Counted from the stretch's first letter, positions 19,667 to 31,185 are shown. The stretch is DNA of 64,000 bases from Myxococcota bacterium (GCA_965140415.1 OZ223209.1:4000001-4064000), one strand, 5' to 3'. The notes: generated by a model from the sequence alone, not told the origin. Program-made: numbers and translations.

Positions 19667-20134
19667 ATGCGCATCCTTGGTATCGATCCCGGCAGCCGGT
19701 TCACCGGTTATGGTGTTGTAGAAGAGCAGTCGGGAAGATTGATCCATGTGGATTGCGGAGTAATCGCGCCATCCCCGAAACTTCCCATGGCGCAGCGCTT
19801 AAGCCATATCACCGATGGCCTGGAGCGCGTCATTGCCGAACATGCCCCGGATGCGGCATCGATTGAAGAAGTCTTTTCCGGTCGCAACTGGCGTAGTGCG
19901 CTGAAACTGGGGCAGGCACGTGGTGCCGCCCTGGTCGCTTTGGCTCACCACAATCTGGATGTAGCCGAGTACACACCGACAGTAATTAAAAAAACGGTTG
20001 TCGGCTACGGACGCGCGGAGAAAGAACAAATCCAGCACATGGTACGTGTGCTGCTGGGACTGCCTGAAAATCCGGAAGAAAACGCGGCGGATGCGCTTGC
20101 CATTGCGATTTGTCGCTTATTTCACAACCGCTAA
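19667..20134 (+). CDS. ruvC: Holliday junction resolvase RuvC
   Basis: ILGIDPG, LGQARG, ADALAIA. Confidence 0.97.
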   Translation: MRILGIDPGSRFTGYGVVEEQSGRLIHVDCGVIAPSPKLPMAQRLSHITDGLERVIAEHAPDAASIEEVFSGRNWRSALKLGQARGAALVALAHHNLDVAEYTPTVIKKTVVGYGRAEKEQIQHMVRVLLGLPENPEENAADALAIAICRLFHNR

Positions 20135-20160
20135 CCGATGCTTTAAGGAGTCGCGCTGCA

Positions 20161-20760
20161 ATGATCGCTGGCTTGCATGGAACACTGGTTGAAAAAGATC
20201 CCGACCGGGTCGTAATCGACGTGAACGGCGTCTATTACGAAGTGTTCGTAAGTCTTAGCACGTTGTCCGACTTACCGGAACCGGGAGAGCAGACGGAACT
20301 GATCTGTCACACTTACGTACGGGAAGATATCCTGGCGCTCTACGGTTTTTCCAGCAAGCTCGAAAAGGAATTGTTCCTTTCCTTGATCTCCGTTTCGGGC
20401 ATCGGTCCCAAGCAGGCGGGTTCGATTCTGTCCGGTCTGGCTCCGGCAGATCTGGCCCAGGCGGTCGTCAATGAAGACGTCGCCGGCTTGACACGCATTC
20501 CCGGTGTTGGAAAGAAAAAGGCGGAACGCCTTATTCTGGATCTGAAGGAAAAGCTGCAAAAACGCCTGATGCTGGAAAAGGAAGAGATTCCCTCGGTGGG
20601 TGGTCGCTTCACCTGTCAAGGCGATCTGGTTGCAGCATTGGAAAGCCTGGGGTACAAACGCAAGCAGATTCAACGAGTGATCGAAACGCTCTCCGAAACG
20701 CATGAAAAGAATACTCCGGTCGAGGAACTGATTCGACACGCCCTGCAAGAGTTGCAATAA
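20161..20760 (+). CDS. ruvA: Holliday junction branch migration protein RuvA
   Basis: [39 protein letters not shown]. Confidence 0.96.
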   Translation: MIAGLHGTLVEKDPDRVVIDVNGVYYEVFVSLSTLSDLPEPGEQTELICHTYVREDILALYGFSSKLEKELFLSLISVSGIGPKQAGSILSGLAPADLAQAVVNEDVAGLTRIPGVGKKKAERLILDLKEKLQKRLMLEKEEIPSVGGRFTCQGDLVAALESLGYKRKQIQRVIETLSETHEKNTPVEELIRHALQELQ

Positions 20761-21830
20761 TGACCAGTAGAGATCAACATACGCTTTCACCGAACGCGAA
20801 CAACACGGATAGCCAACTTGAACGGGTGATCCGTCCGCGTACGCTGGATGAATACGTGGGTCAGACTCCAGTGGTGGAAAACCTACGGGTTTTCATCGAA
20901 GCCGCTAAAATGCGTGGCGACGTGCTGGACCACACACTGATCTTCTCTCCGCCGGGCTTGGGTAAAACCACGTTGGGAAATATCATTGCCAACGAGCTGA
21001 ATGTGTCTCTTCATAGCAGTTCGGGTCCGGCAATCGATAAAAAAGGAGATCTGGCCGGTCCGCTTACCAATCTGAAACGCGGCGATGTCCTCTTTATCGA
21101 CGAAATCCATCGTTTGAACCCGGTGATCGAAGAAAACCTGTATCCGGCGATGGAAGACTATTGTTTTGATATCATTACGGGCGAAGGACCGGCGGCACGC
21201 AATATCAAGCTGCCGATTCAACCTTTTTCGCTGATCGGAGCGACTACCCGAGCTGGCATGTTGACTTCCCCTCTTCGCGACCGTTTCGGCATCATCATTG
21301 AGCTGTCCTATTACAGCCCGGACGAACTCGTTCAGATCGTGCGAAGAAATTCCAAGATTCTGAACATCGCTATTGAAGACAAAGCAGCCTGGGAGATCGC
21401 CCGGCGTTCACGAGGAACACCTCGCATTACCAACCGCCTGCTGCGCCGCGTGCGTGATTTCGCGAATGTCGCAAAAGAGAAAAGTATCACATTAAAGATC
21501 GCCCGGTTCGCCTTGGAAAAGCTATGCATCGACGAAGAAGGGCTGGACCAGAGCGATCAGAAAATCCTGAATACCATCGTTCACATGTTCAACGGCGGAC
21601 CAGTCGGTCAGAACACGTTATGTGCAGCTCTTTCAATGGAAAGAGAATCTCTTGAGGACGTTTACGAACCTTACCTGATCCAGCAGGGCTATATCCAGCG
21701 CACACCGAAAGGTCGTGTAGCGACCTTACGCTGTTACCAACACTTGGGCATTGCACCTCCTACGGGGCAGCCTTCCCTCTTTCCATACACTTCCAGCGAC
21801 GAGAATGGCTTCGAATCGAACAACGATTAG
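20760..21830 (+). CDS. ruvB: Holliday junction branch migration helicase RuvB
   Basis: [38 protein letters not shown]. Confidence 0.98.
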   Translation: MTSRDQHTLSPNANNTDSQLERVIRPRTLDEYVGQTPVVENLRVFIEAAKMRGDVLDHTLIFSPPGLGKTTLGNIIANELNVSLHSSSGPAIDKKGDLAGPLTNLKRGDVLFIDEIHRLNPVIEENLYPAMEDYCFDIITGEGPAARNIKLPIQPFSLIGATTRAGMLTSPLRDRFGIIIELSYYSPDELVQIVRRNSKILNIAIEDKAAWEIARRSRGTPRITNRLLRRVRDFANVAKEKSITLKIARFALEKLCIDEEGLDQSDQKILNTIVHMFNGGPVGQNTLCAALSMERESLEDVYEPYLIQQGYIQRTPKGRVATLRCYQHLGIAPPTGQPSLFPYTSSDENGFESNND

Positions 21831-22623
21831 CCGCCCGGTATCCTTCGACGGCATAGGAGTACACAGTGGTCGTCCCTGCCACATCAGTGTACTTCCATCG
21901 GACTCCTGCGGCCTGGTCTTCGTTCGCATGGGACGACGTATTCCGGCAAGTGTATCTACTGTCCGATCATCTCGTTTCTGCGTTACACTGGGAACAGAGG
22001 ATGTTGAAGTCGCAACCGTCGAGCATCTACTTGCGGCATTATTCGGCTGCGGCATCGATGATGCCGTTATTCAGGTCGATGGTCCTGAAATTCCGATTTT
22101 GGATGGTAGTGCCCTACCCTTTTTTCGTGCCTTCACAACTTGCGGTCTCCGGCAAAACGAAACGAAACGAAGCTGCATTACACTTAGCAACACCATCAAA
22201 GTTTCCGACGGCGAAAGTTATCTCATCGCCGAACCGGCTGAAAAGCTTGAACTGGACGTAAACATTCGTTACGACCACCCTCTTTTAGCATCACAGCATT
22301 ATCAAAATTTCTTTTCTAAAACACAATTCGCAAACGATCTTGTATCAGCCCGAACGTTCGGCTTTATCCGCGACTATCCCACCATGTACAAACAGGGTTT
22401 TGCAAAAGGCGCTGGAGAGGAAAATACGGTCGCTTTCGACAATGACGGTATTCTCAACCCGCCACTGCGTTTCCCGGATGAACCCGTCCGCCACAAAACT
22501 CTGGATCTTTTAGGTGATTTAGCTTTATTAGGTGCACCAATCGAAGCCCGTATCCATTCGCACATGGGAGGTCATTCTCTTAATGTGCGACTTGTGAAAC
22601 GCATCCTTCAACAAATCGGATAA
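21805..22623 (+). CDS. lpxC: UDP-3-O-acyl-N-acetylglucosamine deacetylase
   Basis: [41 protein letters not shown]. Confidence 0.95.
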   Translation: MASNRTTISRPVSFDGIGVHSGRPCHISVLPSDSCGLVFVRMGRRIPASVSTVRSSRFCVTLGTEDVEVATVEHLLAALFGCGIDDAVIQVDGPEIPILDGSALPFFRAFTTCGLRQNETKRSCITLSNTIKVSDGESYLIAEPAEKLELDVNIRYDHPLLASQHYQNFFSKTQFANDLVSARTFGFIRDYPTMYKQGFAKGAGEENTVAFDNDGILNPPLRFPDEPVRHKTLDLLGDLALLGAPIEARIHSHMGGHSLNVRLVKRILQQIG

Positions 22624-22705
22624 ACACCCAAGCGGATTCTTTAAGATTTACCTGGAGTGTCAATCCTTCCGGAAAACGTAGACTGACCACTTCTCACAAA
22701 GACGC

Positions 22706-22743
22706 AAAAAGGGCCGGAAGCATTCGCCTCCGACCCTTTTTTT
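22706..22743. terminator. Bidirectional intrinsic terminator
   Basis: A5, GGGCCGGA...TCCGACCC, T7 between convergent genes. Confidence 0.75.
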
Positions 22744-22759
22744 GTTTACGCCCTACGGC

Positions 22760-25700
22760 TTAGTAGCCGATGGTCCAGTTCGACATGTTCTGCCAGAACG
22801 AGGAGAAGTCGTTCAGCAAGGTCATGGTCGATTCCATGTGCTCCAGGGTGTTGTTCAGATAAGATGCCGGATAAGGAGTGCCGGGACATTCATCCGTATA
22901 GAAGTTGCCCGGAACCATACCCGCCGTGCCTTCGCCGTACTCGGGATTTTCCAAGGTGGCGTTCTTAGCACACAACATACGAATGTTGCGGTAGCGTTCC
23001 AACAGGTCGTAAGCCGGGAAGGAACGATCGTCGCCAGGAACTTTGTGCGCACGGTAGTAATAGGTTTCTTTCGAGTTCAGCACTTCGATTTCGTCCTCAT
23101 TCGGCGCCGCCCACAAGTGACGTTCACCGACCGGAATGATATCGGTTGTGTAGTACTGGAACACGGTGTTATCCGCCATGGTGTTGGCCTGATTGAAGAT
23201 GCTCCAGAAGATCGGCTCGACCTTGTCAAAGTAAACCCAACTGGCGTGGATCGGGAAGTAGGTTTTGCCTTCCTGCGCGCTCAGTCGCTGGCACATATTC
23301 ATCGTGTTATCCACCGCATCCGGCTTGTAATCGTTCGGATTCGGTGTTTCACCGGTAGCGGGCTGCGCCCAATCGTCGGTCCAGTTCCACTGGTGCAGCA
23401 TGTTGACCGGCGGCTGGTACACTTTCATCTTGTATTTGTTCACACCGGTCTGTTCGACACAGTAGCGGCTGAACTGCAACATGTGATCTTCGTTCATGAT
23501 GTCGGACATCAAATTGTAGTTGGCATTGTCGAAACCATCGGATAGATAGGCAAAGGCATTAGCCATATTTTCGTAGCCATACTTGTCCACCGGCCAACCG
23601 GCGTTCGTCAGTACGAAACCAGCCGCATCTTTTTCGATCGTGAAGCCCTTGACCATGAGCTTTTCTTCCATGATGCCCAAGTCATCCTGACGGTTCCAGT
23701 GGTTCTTGTGATGATGACCGTAGCGCAGGTCCACATCGAGAATGGCGCCGCCCAGCGTTTCCTCAAGAGTCGCCTCATCGTAGATGTACGGATTCTTGAC
23801 GAAGTACTGCTTGTTTTCGTCTTCAAGCCAGCTGGTGAGCACGTGCTTACCCACATCCGGGCTGTACAGCACATCGTAAACCAGGAAGTTGTAACCTTCC
23901 ATACCGGCAATCAGGTAATCGCCAGCACCACCCGGGGTCAGAGTCTTGGTCACTTCCTGACCGTTAATGACTTCCGTCCACTCTTCAATGCCGTTGACCG
24001 CATACATGTAGTCTTTACGAGCCAGCGAGTTGCTGGGATCCTGAGGATCGGTCGTACGACCAGTAAGAATGTCCTGCCACTCCGGCAACTGGAAGCGATA
24101 GTAGTTCAAATCCAATGCGAAGTGAGCGAACGGGAACATACGCCAGAAACTGCCCCAGAAAGCGCGCTGACGACGGAAGCGCGGATTACCACGGCGGAAG
24201 AAACGCCAGAAGTAGAAGCGCTTGTACTGATCCGCCATATTACGGATGATATCGCGAGCGGTGTAGCCCTTATCCCACACGTTACACATCGGATCTTCGT
24301 AACGCCAGTGATCGGTACCGAACAGGTAAGGCTTGATGTCGCCATTGAGCTGGATACCCACGCGGCTGCCTTCTACCGGCATAGCATGAGTGACACCCTT
24401 TTCTTCGTTCAGATCCAAGGTGACTTCCGGTTCGTAGCGCAACTCCCAAACGGGAACCTTGGGATTGTAGCAGTACGTCATACCGGCTTTGTCGGTGCAC
24501 ACACAGTCCTCGTCGTTCTGCCCATCTTTCGGTGAACCGGGAACACAGGAACAGGTAATGTTATACAGGTCATCAGCAGTACAGTAGCGGTACTCCAACA
24601 GAGGTTCGACGACCACTTTGGGAAGTCCGTACTCATTCATTTCCACATTGTTGGATCCATCCAGCTTGTACTTCTCGACACCCTTTCCATAGACATACAG
24701 GAAAGCGGCGATGTCATACTTACCTAGACCGAAACCGTGGAAGTAAAATTCATCCATGTAATCCATGACGGAGGAGTACATGTACCAATCCATCGGAGTC
24801 GCAATGGTTTTCTGGAGATAGAATTTCTCGATCGGCACCGGATCGCGACCCTTTTTCGTTTTGAACTCCGCGATCTTGGCGTCCAAGTCTTTCTGAAGTT
24901 CAGGCTTCGCTTTCCAGTAACCGGTCTTCATCAGTTCGCCGTCTTCATTGACCCACTGATCGCCAATGTAGTTCAGCTCATCGGCACTGGCGTTGAAGTT
25001 ATGGCGCAGACCCAAGGAGTGACCCATTTCATGCTCGGCAACGCCCTTGAACATGATGCGCTCGACAGCGCGACGGATGTCTTCACGAGAGTAACCAGCG
25101 TCGTCCATCTTTTCGATGATTTCCAGGAAACCACCATCGAGCCATTCACCCATGAAGTAGCAACCCTTGGACAATTCGATTTCGCGATCGCGATTGGCGA
25201 TCATCGCCTCTTTGGTACCCCAATACAGCGGCGAAATCCCATACAGCATTTCTTCGTTGTAAGCGGTTGCTTCGGGGAATACGAAATCCAACACACCGCT
25301 CATGGCCATTTCGGTTTCCCAACGGGTTCCCTTGATGGCGCTCAGATCCAACGCTCCCTGTATCGTGGGGAGATGCTTGGCTTGAAGCACTTTGAGCATT
25401 TCAGCTTTTTCTTTGTTGGACTGTATTGAAAGCTCATCACTCTTCTTTCCGAGAGAGAGTTCACGGAAAGCCGGGTTATGCAAGGAAGAGGTCTTCCATT
25501 CCGGAGAGCCAGGCATCACAGGAGGAGGATTCACTTCGTCTTCCGGACGCGACTGCACTTCACCCTGGGTCGGGCGATTCGTGTATTCAGCGTCGATAAT
25601 CAGATCGTTCAACAGTTCTTCGTAACGCTCACGCGTCGGGTTGAAGCCGGCAAACAGATCATCATCCTCGCCGCTGTCGCCATCACGCATGCCTTTGATC

Positions 25701-27505
25701 ATGAAATAGCGTTCCAGTTCGCGGTGGGTCGACCACTGCAACACGGAACCGGCAATATGCGAAGAAGCCGAAAGGATCTGACCGGTTTCGGGATTGTCCG
25801 ACCACTGCGACACACCCAGAATACCGTATTCCGTGGGAGTATCTACCCAGTAGAAGAAGCTGTAACGAGCATCACCCAGTTCCGCTTTATAACGCGGCAC
25901 TTTGTTGCCTTCGCTGTCAACTTCGCAACGATGCTCACGCGTCACTTCGCAAGCCACCGGATAATTTACAGGCACGGCAACGCGAGAATCGATATCATCG
26001 CCAAAGATGGCTCTGATTTCATCCGGGGTAATCAGGTTCGGCAAACCTTCCGGGTTCACGCCGTCACGATCGTAATCATATTCCAAGAACTCATTACGAC
26101 GCAGTACGAACACATCGTTTTCATCCTCGGTGAAGCAGTACCGCTTCATTTCGGCAATCATGGCCGCCTGACGATCCGTGAACGCACCCTGATCTTCATC
26201 ATTCCAGTCACTCGGCGGCACCTGGCTCTCGATGGTGTAATCCAGGTAATAAAACTTCGAATCGTCCAATGTCATATCTTCAGGCCAGGTCTCGAAAGCA
26301 TCCGGCATGAAAAGAGAAGTGGCGGGATTGTCTTCGGAGATACCGGTAACCATCTGGCTCAGGCCATCGGCCAACTTGATCTGGGGACCGAAATCAGACT
26401 CGAAACCTTCGCCGTTTTCATCAAACGACTCACGCGCCATCTGGCCTTCGTATTTAGCCTTGGCAAACGCGTAGTTGTAATCGGCGGCGATCGAACAAGT
26501 CGTCAGAGCCAGATACTCGGGGAAGTTCGGGCTCAAGTAGGTGATGATTTTATGACCGTTTTCAATGTTGAAATAGTTGGCCCACTTGTGAATGTAGTTG
26601 TCACGGTAGCCGTATTGCGGGTCCACTGCGCGATAGTCGCGGGTGAAGAAACCGAACCGACGGAACATGTCATCCTGGTACTCCAACGGCACGAAACCGT
26701 TGTTGTCCAACTCTTCACGATCCACACGCCAAAAGAAGTGGCGGTATTCCATACGAGCCGGTTCCCAGCTGATGAACTCGTAAACATCTTCCCACGTATA
26801 AATGTTACGCCAGGAGTTGTTCGGGGACACGATCACGTCGGTGTAGAACGACAGCGAATCGGCCAGTTGGTCGCCGCCCGCCATGTGACGCATCTCGTAT
26901 TCCTTCGGATTGATCGCCTGGTTGTTCTTGTCGTGCCATTCCATCTGGTAATAGCCGGCAACAGGCTCATAGTAGAACGGATTATCCCAGTCGATGGTCA
27001 TGTTGAGATACTTCATTTCGAAGTTCGTCAACGCACTCGACGAAGGATCGATCACCATGTAGCGCGTCTGCCACCAGGGGTTGTCGCGATTCTCGGTCAG
27101 AATCGGCAGATCCTCACCGGTCGTGGTGTTTTCCGCCAGTTCGATGTCGAACTGATCCAGAATCGGGAACGCCAACACCGGCGTTTCCGCCAGGTCTTGT
27201 TTTCCTTCGGTATCCACGATGTTCTTGGTGTCGTACAGCGAGTAGGCGATCAACCAGTTCTGGGTGATTTCCCAACGGATCATCTTCAGATCGTTGGTTT
27301 CACCGATGAACGAGTAATCGACCGAGTACGGCAGATCGGTTACGGTCTGCTTGTAAAACCAATCTCCCTCGAACAGGCGCTTATCCAGAGCCAGAGGGTT
27401 GGTTTTGTCGACGGGAGCACGTTCTGTCATACATCCTGCAAGGATGAAAGCCAGAAGCATCGCGCTTCCCAAAACTGCGGCAACTTTTCTCAAATGGGCC
27501 ATCAT
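22760..27505 (-). CDS. Giant lipoprotein zinc-dependent metalloprotease (myxobacterial type)
   Basis: Lipobox LAGC; HEMGHSLGLRHNF, SSVMDY Met-turn, GKYD; 1581 aa. Confidence 0.9.
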   Translation of the reverse strand: MMAHLRKVAAVLGSAMLLAFILAGCMTERAPVDKTNPLALDKRLFEGDWFYKQTVTDLPYSVDYSFIGETNDLKMIRWEITQNWLIAYSLYDTKNIVDTEGKQDLAETPVLAFPILDQFDIELAENTTTGEDLPILTENRDNPWWQTRYMVIDPSSSALTNFEMKYLNMTIDWDNPFYYEPVAGYYQMEWHDKNNQAINPKEYEMRHMAGGDQLADSLSFYTDVIVSPNNSWRNIYTWEDVYEFISWEPARMEYRHFFWRVDREELDNNGFVPLEYQDDMFRRFGFFTRDYRAVDPQYGYRDNYIHKWANYFNIENGHKIITYLSPNFPEYLALTTCSIAADYNYAFAKAKYEGQMARESFDENGEGFESDFGPQIKLADGLSQMVTGISEDNPATSLFMPDAFETWPEDMTLDDSKFYYLDYTIESQVPPSDWNDEDQGAFTDRQAAMIAEMKRYCFTEDENDVFVLRRNEFLEYDYDRDGVNPEGLPNLITPDEIRAIFGDDIDSRVAVPVNYPVACEVTREHRCEVDSEGNKVPRYKAELGDARYSFFYWVDTPTEYGILGVSQWSDNPETGQILSASSHIAGSVLQWSTHRELERYFMIKGMRDGDSGEDDDLFAGFNPTRERYEELLNDLIIDAEYTNRPTQGEVQSRPEDEVNPPPVMPGSPEWKTSSLHNPAFRELSLGKKSDELSIQSNKEKAEMLKVLQAKHLPTIQGALDLSAIKGTRWETEMAMSGVLDFVFPEATAYNEEMLYGISPLYWGTKEAMIANRDREIELSKGCYFMGEWLDGGFLEIIEKMDDAGYSREDIRRAVERIMFKGVAEHEMGHSLGLRHNFNASADELNYIGDQWVNEDGELMKTGYWKAKPELQKDLDAKIAEFKTKKGRDPVPIEKFYLQKTIATPMDWYMYSSVMDYMDEFYFHGFGLGKYDIAAFLYVYGKGVEKYKLDGSNNVEMNEYGLPKVVVEPLLEYRYCTADDLYNITCSCVPGSPKDGQNDEDCVCTDKAGMTYCYNPKVPVWELRYEPEVTLDLNEEKGVTHAMPVEGSRVGIQLNGDIKPYLFGTDHWRYEDPMCNVWDKGYTARDIIRNMADQYKRFYFWRFFRRGNPRFRRQRAFWGSFWRMFPFAHFALDLNYYRFQLPEWQDILTGRTTDPQDPSNSLARKDYMYAVNGIEEWTEVINGQEVTKTLTPGGAGDYLIAGMEGYNFLVYDVLYSPDVGKHVLTSWLEDENKQYFVKNPYIYDEATLEETLGGAILDVDLRYGHHHKNHWNRQDDLGIMEEKLMVKGFTIEKDAAGFVLTNAGWPVDKYGYENMANAFAYLSDGFDNANYNLMSDIMNEDHMLQFSRYCVEQTGVNKYKMKVYQPPVNMLHQWNWTDDWAQPATGETPNPNDYKPDAVDNTMNMCQRLSAQEGKTYFPIHASWVYFDKVEPIFWSIFNQANTMADNTVFQYYTTDIIPVGERHLWAAPNEDEIEVLNSKETYYYRAHKVPGDDRSFPAYDLLERYRNIRMLCAKNATLENPEYGEGTAGMVPGNFYTDECPGTPYPASYLNNTLEHMESTMTLLNDFSSFWQNMSNWTIGY

Positions 27506-27555
27506 GATCCTATCGCCTCCTTAAGAACTACAGACCACTAGAGTAATGAATTCTC

Positions 27556-28560
27556 TTAGAATGAGTAACTCAAAGTCAAAGACGCCGCAGAGAACTGCGG
27601 GTCCAATGGATATGTGTAATCGTTCTGGAAACCGCCGTAACGCCGTTCGGGACCGGCAGTGGAGATTCCCAGTGAAACATTCAGATTCTCGTATGCGTTG
27701 ATGCCGATATCGGCGGAATACGCAATGTTGTTGTGACGCGCTTCGTTTCCGTCGCTGGTGTGGTAGCGCCAGTTATACGACCAGACGACAGCCACGCCCA
27801 TGTTCAGTTTCCATACGCTCAAACGCAACGAGGTGGCATTGCTGTAGGTCCACTCATTTAAAGGAATGGATTCAATGCCGCCATCGACATCGGACTTGAA
27901 CCGGTAGTCGGTATAGCCATGAACGTTTTTCTGGAAGCTGTTCGAGTTGGACAGCGACAAGCCCCATTTGCTGATGGAGAAACTCACACCCGGCTTGATG
28001 GCGTAATACCATTTGCGCGTCCATCCGGCGAAACGGCTGGTTTCGGGCAACACCTGCACCAGAGACGGCGTAATGGTGAACCCGGTGATTTCCGGATCGA
28101 TCTGAAACGCACGGCTGATACTAATGGATAGCGGATCGAAATCCGCTTCGTTGATCCTCACATCGTTTCCGCCAACCACATCGGAGGGATACAGCGTGCT
28201 GACATAGCCTCCCAGGTGAATGCTCAGCGAAATGTCCTTGGGCAGCATAAAGCTCGGATCCAGGGACAGAGAGTTGGACACCACCGGGCGCTCACGCGCC
28301 AGATTGTGCGATAAGGTGTACGAAATCGAAACGTTCCACCATTTGGCTTCTTCTTTCGCTTCGGTGTCGTTGCTTTCAACGGCGACACCTTCGCCTGCGA
28401 CCGTATCGGTCTTGGCATCGGCGGTATCGGCCTGAGCAAGGACGAGATTCCCCTGATCAATAGGGGAAGAATTCATGTTATCGTCGGCGTTCGCGCTCAA
28501 TCCGAAACACAATACAAAAAGAGCCAACAATAACCCAGCAACTGACGTGCGCTCTTTCAA
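27556..28560 (-). CDS. Outer-membrane beta-barrel protein
   Basis: TTG start with AGGAGG, signal peptide, amphipathic strands, terminal LSYSF. Confidence 0.75.
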   Translation of the reverse strand: MKERTSVAGLLLALFVLCFGLSANADDNMNSSPIDQGNLVLAQADTADAKTDTVAGEGVAVESNDTEAKEEAKWWNVSISYTLSHNLARERPVVSNSLSLDPSFMLPKDISLSIHLGGYVSTLYPSDVVGGNDVRINEADFDPLSISISRAFQIDPEITGFTITPSLVQVLPETSRFAGWTRKWYYAIKPGVSFSISKWGLSLSNSNSFQKNVHGYTDYRFKSDVDGGIESIPLNEWTYSNATSLRLSVWKLNMGVAVVWSYNWRYHTSDGNEARHNNIAYSADIGINAYENLNVSLGISTAGPERRYGGFQNDYTYPLDPQFSAASLTLSYSF

Positions 28561-28624
28561 CGTGGCCTCCTAAGAGATGACATCGAGGGTAGGTGGCACC
28601 AAGCCAAGGGTGCCCAGCCGCTAC

Positions 28625-28653
28625 ACTCTAATGAGAATGCATACTGTTGTCAA
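28625..28653 (-). promoter_or_regulatory. Sigma70 promoter of the barrel-protease operon
   Basis: TTGACA-17 nt-TAGAGT. Confidence 0.65.
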
Positions 28654-28721
28654 ACAATTCTTGACTTTTTCTGAACCAAACGCAAACAACGGAAACGTGA
28701 CGGAATCCAGCCGTTTACAAA

Positions 28722-29399
28722 TTACGGATAGCGGCTTAGAACCAGGCGGAATTCATGCTTCTTTCCAGAGAATTCCACAACCAATACAGCTAGTTGCGTG
28801 GGGTTGAAGTCGCTATAATAAAAGCCTGCAAACACGTCTTGTTTATACAGGCAAACATCCTTTTCGCACAGGGTCTTTTGAACGGCGTCCCGGAGCACGT
28901 CTCCAGGTTGGATCGTTCGAATGCCCTGCCGCAAGCTGATTTTCAAATCCTTGAACGCCTTTTCCGAAGCCCCGACCAGATAAAGCGGAAACAACAGGTA
29001 ATCCTGCTTTAGAATATCAGAATAGTCATCTGGTTTCAGAACCTTACCTTCGCTGGCAGCCATCGCGGCACGGTGGCTGATCTGGAAAAGCTTGGTCATT
29101 ATGTAGCCGTTGGTTTCGGTTCCCGGCGTTCCAAATTCATAATTTTTAAAGATCGATTCAGGCTGCGCTTTTTGCGCCTGACCTTTTTTGATCGCGTCTT
29201 GCACCTGTTCGGGGGTTGGGCTGGTTTCGACTGCCACAGCCTGCGAAGCCATGGAAAGCAGGACGTAAACTGCCAGAATCTCCAGAAAAAGCGACAATGC
29301 GAACGAACCGTTTCGAGGCCGGACGCATAACCTGAAAGTCGTAATACCGGTTCCGTTCTGGTTTCGCGCGCGCCGCAGCTTCTTCTCCATTTCACCCAA
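28722..29399 (-). CDS. Hypothetical secreted protein (start uncertain)
   Basis: Long ORF with hydrophobic signal-like segment ending SQAVA. Confidence 0.65.
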   Translation of the reverse strand: MGEMEKKLRRARNQNGTGITTFRLCVRPRNGSFALSLFLEILAVYVLLSMASQAVAVETSPTPEQVQDAIKKGQAQKAQPESIFKNYEFGTPGTETNGYIMTKLFQISHRAAMAASEGKVLKPDDYSDILKQDYLLFPLYLVGASEKAFKDLKISLRQGIRTIQPGDVLRDAVQKTLCEKDVCLYKQDVFAGFYYSDFNPTQLAVLVVEFSGKKHEFRLVLSRYP

Positions 29400-29895
29400 A
29401 GTACAACGATCACGATCTCATTGTACGAGGCGTCGCCATAAATGCAAGACAAAAATGCAGAAAAATTATTGTTTTTCGATAAAACCTTACTGCGTTGCCA
29501 TAAGACTTTTATTAATACAATCCTAATGCATTGATATTATTAGTATATTGTAATTTCTGCCATATTGCCGCACTGCATCAAGCAAATTACATCAGCGCTC
29601 CTAAAATACAACGGCAGAAGAAAATAGCCTTAATATTTCGGCAAAACCTCCTGACATGTTCATTTATTTTCCAGATTGAGCGCGCAATTTACTTGAGTGT
29701 AAATCTTGAGACTCGCCCCTCCTCCCACTCGCCATCCGGCTTCTTCAACTTCCAGTAGACTCAATTTTCGATAGATAAAACCTGCAACCGAACCTCAGAC
29801 AGAGTTATTTTAAGAAAAAGCGTCACACCTTGCTTGAACGGCTCCTTATCGCATGATAGTATTCATGCGTTTCCTTTTCATACAGGAGTTCTCTT

Positions 29896-31185
29896 ATGCA
29901 GATGGCCAAGATCCTGTTCTTGATACTTGCCTGCCTGGCTTTCTTCCCCGCTTGTCAAAGCAGCGATTCTACCTGCAATCAACAACCTACCGATGGCGAT
30001 ACAGATTGCCCTACTTGCAGCACCTGTGCGGATGCCGATAAGACGTCCTGCCCATCTAACGGTGATCCGGACTGCCAAACTTGCGAAGTCTGCCCAAGTT
30101 GTGGCGACCCGGATTGTCCCTCCTGTCCCGCCTGTGATGGAGATGTGGAAACCGACGCCGAATCGGATGGAGATCTCGAACCGGAACAACCCAGACAGCG
30201 CATCGGTAACGACTGTCGTAACAACCACTGCTTTCCCGTCGCTCCGACAGGTCAGAAAACCTGCTACGACAACGTGGGTGAAATTCCCTGCCCTGGCGAA
30301 GCGGGCAGTGTAAGCTGTGCCGAGACACCCTTCTGCGGTCAGGACGCCCAGTATGCACCACAAATGGAAACCAGCGAGCGATTCGTCATTTCCTCCTTGA
30401 ATGAAAAGGAAGTTGTAACAGATCGGCAAACGGGTCTGGTATGGGAACGGGAAAGCTTTAATCAGAGATGGGCAACTGCCAGTGGGCATTGCTTCTCCTT
30501 AGCGCAAGATGATTCACTCGATTGGCGTTTGCCTTCACTGCTTGAGCTTAGAAGCATTGTCAACCACGACTATTATGACCCGGTCATTGATGATCAACTA
30601 TTCGAAGGCGTCGATATTTGTGGATGGACTTCTTCTCTCGCATTCTGGGGATACCCGATTACATTGACGATGTGGAATGGCTTATCCACTATTGAATGTG
30701 GAGGCACCGGTGGGCCAGATACATATGCCGAAATTCGCTGCGTACATGGCGGCCCTGAAATCAAGATTGGAGAACGTTTCGAAACACTACAGCATGGAGT
30801 AGAGCAGAGCATTATTTGGGATCGAACTACCTTGTTACAATGGCAAAGCAACATTCAGGAAAACAAAACCTGGCAAGAGGCGTTATCCTATTGCGAAGCT
30901 CTTGACTACAGCGGTTATAGCGATTGGCGCTTACCGAATATCAACGAAGCAGTTAGTCTTACCGATATGGCCTTCTATCCTCAGAATGACATTCTTGCAA
31001 CACAATTTCCGGCGATGCCCAAACTGCGTTTCCATACCTCCACCACCTACGCAGGAGATCATACTATCAATTGGATTGTAGACTACTTTGAGCGACTGTA
31101 CCAGGCCGGTCATTGGGACCACACGGATAAAACCACCCCATTGGCCGTACGATGCGTGCGAGGACGGAGTTATGTAGAGGAATAG
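29896..31185 (+). CDS. Lipoprotein with CxxC-rich linker and two DUF1566 (Lcl/CLec-like) domains
   Basis: Lipobox FPAC, AGGAG RBS, PTGQKTCYD, GQDAQY, TDRQTGLVW, DWRLP twice, RCVRG. Confidence 0.88.
   Translation: MQMAKILFLILACLAFFPACQSSDSTCNQQPTDGDTDCPTCSTCADADKTSCPSNGDPDCQTCEVCPSCGDPDCPSCPACDGDVETDAESDGDLEPEQPRQRIGNDCRNNHCFPVAPTGQKTCYDNVGEIPCPGEAGSVSCAETPFCGQDAQYAPQMETSERFVISSLNEKEVVTDRQTGLVWERESFNQRWATASGHCFSLAQDDSLDWRLPSLLELRSIVNHDYYDPVIDDQLFEGVDICGWTSSLAFWGYPITLTMWNGLSTIECGGTGGPDTYAEIRCVHGGPEIKIGERFETLQHGVEQSIIWDRTTLLQWQSNIQENKTWQEALSYCEALDYSGYSDWRLPNINEAVSLTDMAFYPQNDILATQFPAMPKLRFHTSTTYAGDHTINWIVDYFERLYQAGHWDHTDKTTPLAVRCVRGRSYVEE

Noticed and set aside
22742-27541. Long plus-strand ORFs (267, 278, 230, 687 aa)
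   Set aside because: Antisense shadows of the codon-biased metalloprotease gene; no motifs or RBS
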